Shown in pieces: positions 1-7,928 of a DNA stretch of 37,076 nucleotides. The notes beneath the pieces are model-generated. The model was given only the letters and a program-made list of their open reading frames with translations, searched no databases and was not told where the DNA came from. This DNA comes from Thermoanaerobaculia bacterium (GTDB lineage: Bacteria; Acidobacteriota; Thermoanaerobaculia; Multivoradales; JAGPDF01), in the NCBI GenBank assembly GCA_043737505.1, contig JAYTAM010000202.1, positions 1 to 37,076 of the forward strand, in the 5' to 3' direction. The position numbers were made by a program, and so were the translations under genes. Each line of letters starts with the position of its first letter. Within the stretch, counting starts at the first letter, position 1.

Positions 1-1383
1 GGCCGAGATTTTGATCGGGCTTGCTTTGAGGGTTGACCCCCCGGTGCTGTCGGCGACCGGCACGAAGTCCGGTGACGTTCCGACCGTCCCGACAATCCCC
101 GGCGCGGGTGCCCCGGAGAGCTGCGAATAGGCGACCTGAGCACAGGTTGGGGTTCCGTCAGCGGCGATGTCGGTGACGTACTGGCCGACCGAACACGGCG
201 GTGGGTTCGCGGCGAACGCGGTGGACGTTGCCGAGTTGCCGGTGATCGCGACCGCCAGCGTCCCGCCGAGGGGATCGCCGCCGCCCTGCCGGTGACTCGC
301 CTCATGCGCTGTCGGAGTTCGCGCGTCCGCGTTCCGTGCGTCCGTGTCGGTGACGAAGGGATTCAGCGCACCGGGCACCCCGTCCGTCCCGGCGAGCGCC
401 GCCTTCTGCCCAGCCGTCGGGTCGTTGGCGTTGGAGTGCGTCGAGAAGTCGAGCGCCAGCTTGGATTCGACGATTGCCGCGCTCGCGTTGACCGAGCTGT
501 TCGCGATCGATCCCGCCGCGACCGAAGTCGCCGCACCGCCCTGCGATGCGCTGCCCGCGTAGAGCGTGCTGTCCGACAGGAAAGGCGGCGCCGTCCAAGC
601 CCCATCCCCGCGGAGGTACGCGGAGCTGTTGGCCGTGCCCGTGCCGAGGCGAGCGGTCGAGAGCAGGCCGCTCGTGACGTCCGCGGCAGCGTGGGCGTGG
701 ACCGTCGGGGCGCGAGCATCCGAAAGCCGGGAGTCGTTCGCCTGAGGCACCAGCCCGACCGCGCTCTCGCCGTCCGTCGCCAGCTCGACCAGGCCCGCGC
801 CAGTGGTGGTCGCGCCCGGGAGCGTGGTCGCGGTGTGCGCGTGCGAATCGTCGACGACCGTGCAGTCCGGGAACGCTCCGGAGAGGTCACCGCCGCAAGG
901 ACCCGCCGGAACCCGAGCGTCCGCGCCGCGCGAGTCGTTGCCGGCCATGGCCTGCGCCGCCCCGGTGCCGAGAGTTCGGAGCCCGGCCGTACCTGCCGCC
1001 GGGTCGCTGGCGATCGTCAGGCACCCGGAGGTCGAGCCGTTCGAGACCAGGAACTGCCCGGAGGTGCAGGAGTTCGGCAGGGTCAGAACCGTCGCCCGGC
1101 AGAGCGCCACCGTGTTCAGAAGGTTACGCTCGGTCGTCGTGTAGGTGAGCTGCCCGCCCGCGTTGACGCACGAGGCCGAGGTCGAGCCCACCGGACAGCC
1201 GACCGTGCCGAGGATTGTGGTCGGATACGTGCACACCCCGGACTGCGCCGGGAGCTTGGCGGCGAGGCCGAGCAGGGTAAAGACGACCAGGGCGGCGACC
1301 AGCAAGAAGATCCGGCGCGGATTCGCCCGCGGAGAAGCGTAGAGAACTTGGCCGGGGTGCTGCCCCTCGTGACCTTCGCTCAT
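1..1383 (-). CDS. exported tail-fibre-like repeat protein; C-terminus lies beyond the window edge
   Basis: Not in the ORF track because the frame stays open to position 1. Hand translation from ATG 1383 (AGGAG about 10 nt upstream) gives MSEGHEGQ..RRIFLLVAALVVFTLLGLAAKLPAQS (signal/TM). It then shows LRTLGTGAAQAMAGNDSR, QANDSRLSDARAPTVHAHAAADVTSG, ARLGTGTANSSAYLRGDGAWT and paired-Cys CxxGQ[FY]..C units typical of phage tail-fibre/receptor-binding proteins. Confidence 0.6.
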   Translation of the reverse strand, partial: MSEGHEGQHPGQVLYASPRANPRRIFLLVAALVVFTLLGLAAKLPAQSGVCTYPTTILGTVGCPVGSTSASCVNAGGQLTYTTTERNLLNTVALCRATVLTLPNSCTSGQFLVSNGSTSGCLTIASDPAAGTAGLRTLGTGAAQAMAGNDSRGADARVPAGPCGGDLSGAFPDCTVVDDSHAHTATTLPGATTTGAGLVELATDGESAVGLVPQANDSRLSDARAPTVHAHAAADVTSGLLSTARLGTGTANSSAYLRGDGAWTAPPFLSDSTLYAGSASQGGAATSVAAGSIANSSVNASAAIVESKLALDFSTHSNANDPTAGQKAALAGTDGVPGALNPFVTDTDARNADARTPTAHEASHRQGGGDPLGGTLAVAITGNSATSTAFAANPPPCSVGQYVTDIAADGTPTCAQVAYSQLSGAPAPGIVGTVGTSPDFVPVADSTGGSTLKASPIKISA

Positions 1384-1436
1384 ATTCTGGAAACTCCTGG
1401 CGGGATGCTTCTCCGCGGGCCGGTAGTATGCGCCGA

Positions 1437-1595
1437 TCAGGGCTCGGCGTCTACGGCTCGCTGCGCGCCGAACGCTCGCGCCTTGGCCTCCTTGACCAGT
1501 TGATTCCGAATCCAGGTCGCGAGCAGTTCCGTCACCAGGTTGACGTAGGCGTCAAGAGCTTCCTGTTTCTTCGGATCTCCGGCGGCGACAGTCAT
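1437..1595 (-). CDS. hypothetical small protein (52 aa)
   Basis: C-terminal part of spurious track ORF 1437..2501. ATG 1595 overlaps the upstream stop (ATGA). Sequence MTVAAGDPKKQEALDAYVNLVTELLATWIRNQLVKEAKARAF has normal helical composition. Confidence 0.5.
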   Translation of the reverse strand: MTVAAGDPKKQEALDAYVNLVTELLATWIRNQLVKEAKARAFGAQRAVDAEP

Positions 1596-1879
1596 GGCTC
1601 GTCTGTACTCTCCGCCCGCGGCAACTGCTCGACCTGTCCCGTCAGGATGTCCGCCTTCAGGATCTCGACGGCACCGAGCAGCGCGCAGACGCCTTGATCC
1701 GCCCCGACGGTGGTCGTGAACAGCTCCTCTTCGAACGTCAGGTAGGCGATAGCACAGCTCCGGATCTTCCCCGCCTCGGCCTGTTCGAGCATCTCGCGGA
1801 GGAGTTCGACCAGGCTGTTCCCGTCGTCGCCCGGGCCGGCAGTCGAGCGACGACGGAACTCCAGGACGCGCTCGGCCAT
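1592..1879 (-). CDS. hypothetical protein (95 aa)
   Basis: Track ORF with balanced composition (MAERVLEFRRR..LVELLREMLEQAEAGKIRSCAIAYLTFEEELF). ATG start; 4-nt coupling to the next gene. Confidence 0.65.
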   Translation of the reverse strand: MAERVLEFRRRSTAGPGDDGNSLVELLREMLEQAEAGKIRSCAIAYLTFEEELFTTTVGADQGVCALLGAVEILKADILTGQVEQLPRAESTDEP

Positions 1880-1882
1880 GGG

Positions 1883-2149
1883 TCAGGTAACCTCTTCGAA
1901 CCACTCCGGGCATTCGAGCAACGTGTCCAGGTCGACGACGATCGTGACCGTATGGTCCTTGTCGAGCCCGATCAACAGCTCCGCGACGGGAGTGCCGAAT
2001 TGGATCCGGTTCAGCGTCGATTGCTCGAAGATCGCTCCGGCCTCGACGAGCGGCTTCTTGAGGCGGAACTTCCGGTCGACCGCGCCGCGCTTCTTGCCGC
2101 CGTAGCGGCTGCTCGAACGAACCGCACCGCCTTCCGTCTTGCCGCCCAC
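1883..2149 (-). CDS. hypothetical protein (88 aa), basic N-terminus
   Basis: Track ORF. GTG start at 2149 with GAGGAG upstream. Non-degenerate C-terminal half (IFEQSTLNRIQFGTPVAELLIGLDKDHTVTIVVDLDTLLECPEWFEEV). Confidence 0.6.
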   Translation of the reverse strand: MGGKTEGGAVRSSSRYGGKKRGAVDRKFRLKKPLVEAGAIFEQSTLNRIQFGTPVAELLIGLDKDHTVTIVVDLDTLLECPEWFEEVT

Positions 2150-2152
2150 GAC

Positions 2153-2812
2153 CTACAGCTCCTCTCGCTTGCCGTTGCGGCGGGGCTTGCCGAAGCCGGG
2201 CTCGGCCGGCGGGACCACCACGCCGAAGGCGCCCGCCTCGTGCAGGCTCTCGGTCGTCAAGGCGTCGCCGTGCGCGGGCTCCGCCACCTGCTCGCCCGGG
2301 AGGACGTCGCCGTGCTCGGGGCTCAGGCCGGCCGGCCGGGGCGCCTGACCGTCTCGCATCGCAGCCTCGGCCTGGTCGAGTCGAAGGTGGTCCGGATCCT
2401 GAAGCGAGCCCGCGGTCCGCTGCTCGCCGCCGGGATCGCTCGCCTGGAGCTCGACCTCCAACTCGATCGTCGCGCCGGGGTAGATCTCCCCGGTAGCCCA
2501 CGGGAAGTCGGCCCGTAGCGCGTGCCCAGCGCCCAGCTCAGCCATGAGCGAGAGCACTCGGCGCGCGGGGTGAGCCGCGGCATCGGTGACGGCGGAAGCC
2601 CGGTCGACAGCGCGTTGCGTGGTCGGCACCGGGGCCGCGAAGGCGACGCACTCGGCGCCCGGCTCGACGTCGACGTTCGTCCGCTCGCCGGCCGGCAGGA
2701 AGTAGACCGCAGAACCCGCGAGGGCGTCGGCGAATCCCTCCGGCGCGGGCCGCGAGACGATCAGGACCAGGCTCTGTTGCTTGGCGGTGGCGGTGAAGGT
2801 TTGCGGTTCCAT
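2153..2812 (-). CDS. hypothetical protein (219 aa)
   Basis: Track ORF 2153..2968 trimmed to internal ATG 2812 (MEPQTFTATAKQQ), which has GGAGGG upstream and sits 5 nt after the upstream stop. The longer N-terminus is Arg/Pro/Gly junk. Confidence 0.6.
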   Translation of the reverse strand: MEPQTFTATAKQQSLVLIVSRPAPEGFADALAGSAVYFLPAGERTNVDVEPGAECVAFAAPVPTTQRAVDRASAVTDAAAHPARRVLSLMAELGAGHALRADFPWATGEIYPGATIELEVELQASDPGGEQRTAGSLQDPDHLRLDQAEAAMRDGQAPRPAGLSPEHGDVLPGEQVAEPAHGDALTTESLHEAGAFGVVVPPAEPGFGKPRRNGKREEL

Positions 2813-2816
2813 CGGT

Positions 2817-3197
2817 CTACCCTCCGGTCTTCGCGGCGCGGCGAGCTGCCGCCCGCTGTTTCTTGGTTTGCTTGACCCGCCCCACCCGCCGCACCTCCCC
2901 GCGCTCCCCGACGAAGTAGCTGGCGGTCGGGGTCGAGAACTGGTGCCCGGCGATCCGGTCGGCAGCATACACCCCTTCCCGGCCTTGTTCGTCGTGCGAG
3001 ACGACCAGGTACGCCTTGGTCATCTCCTTCAACGGCGGGGTGCGCGGGGCGTTCTTGCGGGCTTGGATTCTGGCCTTAAGGGCTTCGATGCGCTGCTGTG
3101 CCTGCGCCTTGATGGCCCCACGGATCGCCCGCTCGACCTCTTTCGGGTCCTGTCCCGTCTGCGCCGCCAGCGGGCTGCGGGGTGCCTCGCCGCTCAT
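2817..3197 (-). CDS. hypothetical protein (126 aa), basic C-terminal tail
   Basis: Track ORF. ATGA overlap with the upstream gene. Plausible sequence (KEVERAIRGAIKAQAQQRIEALKARIQ..AYLVVSHDEQGREGVYAADRIAGHQF). Confidence 0.65.
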   Translation of the reverse strand: MSGEAPRSPLAAQTGQDPKEVERAIRGAIKAQAQQRIEALKARIQARKNAPRTPPLKEMTKAYLVVSHDEQGREGVYAADRIAGHQFSTPTASYFVGERGEVRRVGRVKQTKKQRAAARRAAKTGG

Positions 3198-3403
3198 GAC
3201 ACCCCCGGAAGCGAGAACTGCCGATCGTCCACGAACAGGCGGTGTCGCGGATCGAGAAAGATGTCGACCAACTCGGCCTCGCGCTCCAAGCCTTGGATCG
3301 CGCGGTCTACCTTGGCGAGCAGGGCGGTACGCTTGGCCGACGGGTGGGCCTTGCGCGACTTACGCTCCGGCGTCCAGTCAGCGACGGGGTCAGCGGTTGG
3401 CAT
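3194..3403 (-). CDS. hypothetical protein (69 aa)
   Basis: Track ORF with ATG start and balanced composition (ALLAKVDRAIQGLEREAELVDIFLDPRHRLFVDDRQF). Confidence 0.6.
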   Translation of the reverse strand: MPTADPVADWTPERKSRKAHPSAKRTALLAKVDRAIQGLEREAELVDIFLDPRHRLFVDDRQFSLPGVS

Positions 3404-3563
3404 CGGGCGCCCTCCGCCTGGATCGCTTTTCCGCGGCCACTTCAGAGGCGATTCTGCGCGCCTCCTGATCGAATATCCGATCCCAGTTGGCCCGCGCGGG
3501 CCAGGCCAGGTTGCTTCGCTTCGCCGTGGCCTTGGCGGATGTGCGACTTCCGGGGGCGCTCAC
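3390..3563 (-). CDS. hypothetical small basic protein (57 aa), not in ORF track
   Basis: Hand-found. GTG 3563 forms a GTGA overlap with the lipoprotein stop (3560-3562). Reads VSAPGSRTSAKATAKRSNLAWPARANWDRIFDQEARRIASEVAAEKRSRRRAPDANR. Third-position G+C is high by hand count. It fills an otherwise empty 156-bp gap. Confidence 0.45.
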   Translation of the reverse strand: MSAPGSRTSAKATAKRSNLAWPARANWDRIFDQEARRIASEVAAEKRSRRRAPDANR

Positions 3564-5065
3564 GGGCGGACCGCCCCGCTATCGCAATCTGCCGGAACCT
3601 CGCCCGCGGCGAACGCCTCTACCCGAAGGCGGGCGCACTCGAAGATCTCGGGCGACGCGAGGACACCTTTTCCGCGGGGGGCCGGCTGGCAGAACGTGTC
3701 GCCCCTTGCGTCGTCGGAGCAAACCACAGGCACTCGGCGCCCGACCGGATCAATGCCCACGCCACCCGCCTGCTCATACCCGCCGAAGTACCCACCCGCC
3801 ACGCCTTGCTCCGCGGCGCGAGCGTCCACCCGAAGCACTGTAGCGATGATGGCCGCACAGCGAGCGCGCAGCTTGGGCGTCCGCGGAGTACCCAGGCAAG
3901 CGGCCGACAGCTCGGCCCGCTGCGCCAGGCTGAGCCCCGGAGGGCACGGCGGCGGCTCATTTGCCAGGCAGACGAACGGCTTTGCGCAGAAGGTCCCCGG
4001 AACAGGCGGAGGCGGAAGAGCGCCTCCCACGCGGCACTCGGCGAACTTCGTGACCAGCTTGGTCTGCGCCGATCCGGTCGAAGCTTCGGTCACCTCGAAA
4101 CCGACGTACAGTGGACGCCCTGGCGCGGGGAGCCGCAAGGGGGCGCAGTCCACCTTCCCGTCCGAGACCGGCGGGCAGACGCCGAGGTCCTCAGGGCAGG
4201 TCTCGCAGGTCTCGCCCGGGTCAGGTTTCCGGTCACCGCAGCGGGGCGCTGGCGGGAATGCCGAGTTGACGTAGTAGCGCGGCAGCCGCCAGAACGGATC
4301 CCGGTCCTGCCCCTCGCCATGCGGCAGCCCCGGGTCGGCGATCTGAATCCGGTTGTCCGGTCGGTACCCCGGCACCTCCGCCTTCAGGTACGCCTCCCAA
4401 ACGGGAGCATCGCCCGTTGCTTGAAGGTCTGTGATCTCCGTCTCCGTCGGTGCGCAATCCGGGGCGTGAACCGAACCAAAGGTTCCTGCGCGGCAGGACC
4501 ACTCCAGTGCTCTGGTGAGCGTGTCGCGCACCTCCATGCCCGGGCCGCGCCACCGCTTGAAGAAGTGCGGCGGGTTGTCGTTCGCGCACCCGTTCAAGGT
4601 GCAGCGCCCCCACCTACGCTCGTAGAGCTGCGCGAATTCGACCGACCCCGGGGTGGCTGTTGCCGGGTCCGCCGAGAAATCGATCGGCACGCACGTCTCG
4701 GGTCCGTTCACCGCGTCCAACCGGAAACAGCTTCGAGTGAGCCCGCGCTGACGCGGATCGTACCCGGAGCCTCCGGCTAAGAAGCCAGCGCCAGACGCCT
4801 GGCAGAACGCGAGGCCGACGCGCGCCACGCGACACGCATCGCCGTCAGAGATCAAACCGGAATCGCAGCTCGCGACCGTGGCCGCAAGGCCCGCGCAGCC
4901 GAGTTTGGCGTAATCGGTTCCGCCACCGCTGCCCGTGCTCGCGCAGCCGGCCATCGCCAGGAGCGCGCCGATCAGCAGTCCGACGAATCCCGCCGAGCAC
5001 CAGTACGCCGACGACTTGGCTCCTTCAAGATCGACCTGAACGCTCCAGAGATTCCTTAGTGTCAT
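3560..5065 (-). CDS. cysteine-rich lipoprotein (501 aa)
   Basis: Track ORF 3560..5233 trimmed to ATG 5065 (AAGGAG RBS). N-terminus ..GFVGLLIGALLAMAGCAST ends in a lipobox-like AMAGC. About 27 Cys by hand count, plus Pro-rich CxxC-like stretches (PGETCETCPEDLGVCPP). No family recognised. Confidence 0.7.
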   Translation of the reverse strand: MTLRNLWSVQVDLEGAKSSAYWCSAGFVGLLIGALLAMAGCASTGSGGGTDYAKLGCAGLAATVASCDSGLISDGDACRVARVGLAFCQASGAGFLAGGSGYDPRQRGLTRSCFRLDAVNGPETCVPIDFSADPATATPGSVEFAQLYERRWGRCTLNGCANDNPPHFFKRWRGPGMEVRDTLTRALEWSCRAGTFGSVHAPDCAPTETEITDLQATGDAPVWEAYLKAEVPGYRPDNRIQIADPGLPHGEGQDRDPFWRLPRYYVNSAFPPAPRCGDRKPDPGETCETCPEDLGVCPPVSDGKVDCAPLRLPAPGRPLYVGFEVTEASTGSAQTKLVTKFAECRVGGALPPPPVPGTFCAKPFVCLANEPPPCPPGLSLAQRAELSAACLGTPRTPKLRARCAAIIATVLRVDARAAEQGVAGGYFGGYEQAGGVGIDPVGRRVPVVCSDDARGDTFCQPAPRGKGVLASPEIFECARLRVEAFAAGEVPADCDSGAVRP

Positions 5066-5113
5066 CGCTTCTCCTTTGGCAGCGGCCGGTCGGTTCGCTT
5101 CGGCTCGCCCGTA

Positions 5114-5142
5114 AAGATACCGCAGAGTCAGGCCGCCGTCAA
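5114..5142 (-). promoter_or_regulatory. sigma70-like promoter (TTGACG-N17-TATCTT), member of the window-wide promoter family
   Basis: Minus strand reads GGGATTGACG-GCGGCCTGACTCTGCGG-TATCTTTAC. The -35 lies at 5142-5137 and the -10 at 5119-5114. It shares the GGGATTGAC and GCGGTATCTTT context with the promoters at 30448, 30501 and 34834. It sits 49 nt upstream of the lipoprotein ATG and overlaps the 3' end of the preceding gene. Confidence 0.55.
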
Positions 5143-6525
5143 TCCCCGCAACCGCGCGGCGAGGTTGTCTCGGTCTCCGAGCTTCTTCCGTGGGACGGCC
5201 ATGCCGGCCACGAAGTCGGCCGCCTCGGTCCACCGCTGCGCCCGGATCAACGCCTTCGCCGCGAACCGCTGGTCGTCCTGTGCCCCAAGCGTTTCGGTTG
5301 CCGCGAGGTAGACCTCCGGTTCGATCGGTTCAAGCCGTCGGCCGACCGGCGGCGGACCAGCGGGCCGTTCCCGCGGAGCCTCGCCCTCGAACCGCGCCCC
5401 GTCTCCATCAACGATCACGGCCCAAGTCGGCGGGATATCCGGCAGCACCAACTCGTCAGCGCCGAACGTCGTGCGCATGATGATCTTCCGGCCTTCGAGT
5501 GCGCAGCCGAGAGAGCGCGGAGCGCCGCTGCCCCGGTTCTTCGATCTGGCCGGGTACGGAAAGCCGCGGATCTGCCGCTGCGTCACGTGAAACGCGAAGC
5601 TCCACAGGGCTGAGGGCGTATTCGGATTCTTTTGCTCGGGGCGCCATACCAGCCGGCCGAAGTCTGCCCACTCGGCGAAGTGGAACACGCCGAAGACCGA
5701 GACGCCCGCCAGCCATTCGAGGCACGTCGCCACGTCCGGGTCACCGAAGGTCGGCCATCCAACGATGTCGGCCACGGCGCCCGCGAAACCCTCGCGGTCG
5801 TTGCCACCCTTGCCCCGCGTCATCCGCTCGAAGAGGCCGAGCGCGTCCGGGTTGCTCGTCTTCGGGCTGCGCTCGCCGACCGGGGAGAGTGTCGCCCCGT
5901 GGTGCCAAAGCTCGCCCCGGTTGTTGCTCAGGTCGCCCGAGAGATCAGTCCACGGCACGGCGCCGAGGGCGGACAGGGCGACGTCCCGCCGGAGTACTGC
6001 CTCCGCGTCCTGGCGCGCCTGAGGGCTCGGGTGCTTGGCGCGAAAAATCAGATACGCCGCCCAGCGGAAGGGGTCGTAGTCGGTCGAGCGGGGCTCTTCG
6101 CCGGAGAGGAACCGGGCCGCGCCTTCGCCGGAGATGCGACCGGACTGCATCGCGACCAGCTTGGCGGCGTCACCCCAATCACCAAAGACCAGGCCGCGGG
6201 CGGCCATTCGAAGGTGCGGGTGGTTCCAGCTCCGCGCGCCGCCCGCGATCAGTCCGTCCATATCGCCGCTCTGGCGGGAGAGCCACTCGCGGAGCGCCTT
6301 CGAGTCGACGGGGGAGATTTCGATGTCGGCGCCGAGCGCTTGCAGGATCGCGGCGGAGGTGGCGACTTCGGGGTTGAACCGCTTTTTGAAGTCGTCGCCC
6401 TTGCCGGGCCACCGAAAGCGGGGCTCTTTCGACTTGATGCCCGACGCTCGAACGGTGGCGGCGTCCTCGGCGTCCCCGCGGGCGGCTTCCGCGAGCAGGG
6501 TGCGGCGGTCTTCGACGGCGCCCAT
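5128..6525 (-). CDS. hypothetical protein (465 aa), Trp-rich, no family recognised
   Basis: The track ORF starts at TTG 6543. Trimmed to ATG 6525, which has GGGAGGA 6 nt upstream. Balanced composition throughout. Confidence 0.7.
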   Translation of the reverse strand: MGAVEDRRTLLAEAARGDAEDAATVRASGIKSKEPRFRWPGKGDDFKKRFNPEVATSAAILQALGADIEISPVDSKALREWLSRQSGDMDGLIAGGARSWNHPHLRMAARGLVFGDWGDAAKLVAMQSGRISGEGAARFLSGEEPRSTDYDPFRWAAYLIFRAKHPSPQARQDAEAVLRRDVALSALGAVPWTDLSGDLSNNRGELWHHGATLSPVGERSPKTSNPDALGLFERMTRGKGGNDREGFAGAVADIVGWPTFGDPDVATCLEWLAGVSVFGVFHFAEWADFGRLVWRPEQKNPNTPSALWSFAFHVTQRQIRGFPYPARSKNRGSGAPRSLGCALEGRKIIMRTTFGADELVLPDIPPTWAVIVDGDGARFEGEAPRERPAGPPPVGRRLEPIEPEVYLAATETLGAQDDQRFAAKALIRAQRWTEAADFVAGMAVPRKKLGDRDNLAARLRGLTAA

Positions 6526-6539
6526 GGTCGTCCTCCCGT

Positions 6540-6716
6540 TCAATACTGCTGATCGCCACGGGACTGACCCGGAGCGCTAGGCCAACCGACGGCCACCAAT
6601 GCGAGGATCACGCCGACGACCACCACCCCGAACCCTGGCAGTCCGCCTGTCCAGAACCCTCCAGCGACGCAGATCGCCGCCGCGCACCCCAGTGCAATTC
6701 GCGTTGCGCGGGTCAC
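6540..6716 (-). CDS. small membrane protein (58 aa, two hydrophobic segments), holin-like
   Basis: Track ORF 6540..6770 trimmed to GTG 6716 (GTGA overlap with the upstream stop). Sequence IALGCAAAICVAGGFWTGGLPGFGVVVVGVILALVAVGW gives two predicted TM helices. Confidence 0.55.
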   Translation of the reverse strand: MTRATRIALGCAAAICVAGGFWTGGLPGFGVVVVGVILALVAVGWPSAPGQSRGDQQY

Positions 6717-6964
6717 TGAACCGCCTCCCCGCGCTTCGCCATGAACTCGGCCGCGTGGTCTGTCGCCCACTCCTCAACGCCGATCACCCCGAAGACGAGT
6801 TCGCGCCGGAGGTCGGCGAGTTTCTGGCGAAGGTACAGCTCCCGGATCGAGAGCGCCAGCGCCCGCTCGGCGATCTTCTCGTCGCCGGCTGCGCGAGCCT
6901 CCCGGACGCAGGCTTGAATCGCCTCGGTGCGGGCCATGGACTGCGCGATGGCGGAGGCGGTCAC
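6713..6964 (-). CDS. hypothetical protein (83 aa)
   Basis: Track ORF. Helical, balanced composition. 4-nt overlaps on both sides. Confidence 0.6.
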   Translation of the reverse strand: MTASAIAQSMARTEAIQACVREARAAGDEKIAERALALSIRELYLRQKLADLRRELVFGVIGVEEWATDHAAEFMAKRGEAVQ

Positions 6965-7146
6965 TGAACCAACTCCGCAATCTCGGAGCGTAGATCCCTG
7001 AGCATCAAAAGGGTTCGCGTGGTCCGCTGCGCCGCGTTCAGGGCGCGGCTCTGGAGTTTCTCCTTGCCCGCCGAACGCGCCCTCCCGGCAAGGGTCAGGA
7101 GTTCCCTTTCGCGCTCCAGGAGTCGCGCGGTCGCCCCGCCGGTCAC
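6961..7146 (-). CDS. hypothetical protein (61 aa)
   Basis: Track ORF 6961..7182 trimmed to GTG 7146 (GTGA overlap with the stop at 7143-7145). Sequence TARLLERERELLTLAGRARSAGKEKLQSRALNAAQRTTRTLLMLRDLRSEIAELVQ looks like a coiled coil. Confidence 0.5.
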   Translation of the reverse strand: MTGGATARLLERERELLTLAGRARSAGKEKLQSRALNAAQRTTRTLLMLRDLRSEIAELVQ

Positions 7147-7928
7147 GCGGTCACCGCGCCTTCGTCTCCGATCGGCCGCCAATTACGCGAACCGCCGTGC
7201 CGCTCCCTGCTCTTCAGGACCGTCTCGCGAAGGGCCGCGACAGCCTGCTCGGCCGTCTCCGCGGCGAAGCCGGTCGCGAAGATCGCATCCTCGCCGCAGT
7301 CCCAGGAGTTCTCACCCTTGCCGGGGACCGGGATGCCCCCGGGGATCTTCACGTCCCAGGTCGCGCGGGCTTTGAACGTCGGCCACCAGGGCCACCGAGA
7401 CCGACACCAGGTTCGCTGCTCGCGCTTCATGAGCGTCCGGTAGGTAGCCTCCGGCATCGTCACCAGAACCTCGCGCTCGGGTTCGACCTCGGCCTGCTCG
7501 TAGAGCACCTTGCCGAGCAACGCCTTCACGACGTCGAAATGGCCCTTCCGCCAGCGGGGCAGCTCGGATCGGTCGTCGTCCATCGGCGCGGTCCAGAGTT
7601 TCCACCACGGGCCGCCGGAGAAGAACCGGAGCGAGACCTCGCGCCCCTGGTACCAGCGGAACGTCTCGCCGGGCCTGCGTTCCGAGTTCACGACCTCGAA
7701 AGGCAGGCACGCCTTGACGAGGCCGGGAAACACCCCGAGCGTCAGGTACAGGCTGAAGAGCCCGAGACACAGGTGGAGCTTCAGCTCGTGCTCCTCGGCG
7801 CAGAGTTGCAAGCCGGCCGACCAGTCGTTCGAGAGCAGGTGCCACTCGACCCCGATCCGGCGGTCTTTGCCGAAGTGAATCCAGGCCCTGCCGTGCCCTG
7901 CGCTAAGGTTTTGCCAATCCGTTCGCAT
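7143..7928 (-). CDS. hypothetical Trp-rich protein (261 aa)
   Basis: Track ORF trimmed to ATG 7928 (GGGGAG RBS). About 16 Trp by hand count. Motif GIPVPGKGENSWDCGEDAIF. No family recognised. Confidence 0.7.
   Translation of the reverse strand: MRTDWQNLSAGHGRAWIHFGKDRRIGVEWHLLSNDWSAGLQLCAEEHELKLHLCLGLFSLYLTLGVFPGLVKACLPFEVVNSERRPGETFRWYQGREVSLRFFSGGPWWKLWTAPMDDDRSELPRWRKGHFDVVKALLGKVLYEQAEVEPEREVLVTMPEATYRTLMKREQRTWCRSRWPWWPTFKARATWDVKIPGGIPVPGKGENSWDCGEDAIFATGFAAETAEQAVAALRETVLKSRERHGGSRNWRPIGDEGAVTA

Noticed and set aside
292-1503. Long + strand ORFs (292..1503, 803..1144 and others) and minus ORFs 302..598 and 363..890 over the left end
   Set aside because: They are Arg/Pro/Gly/Ser-dominated shadow frames, typical of GC-rich DNA. 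The third minus frame is open across the whole region and encodes a protein with coherent tail-fibre-like motifs.
1437-2968. Track ORFs 1437..2501 (-), 1694..2518 (+) and the full-length version of 2153..2968 (-)
   Set aside because: Their composition is Arg/Gly/Pro junk. They overlap four shorter coupled ORFs with normal composition. Only the C-terminal 52 aa of 1437..2501, and the part of 2153..2968 after the internal ATG 2812, look real.
2781-4780. 497-aa and 512-aa + strand ORFs (2781..4274, 3242..4780)
   Set aside because: They are antisense to the Cys-rich lipoprotein and the small coupled genes. Their low-complexity Arg/Pro/Ser/Gly sequences lack RBS or coupling context.
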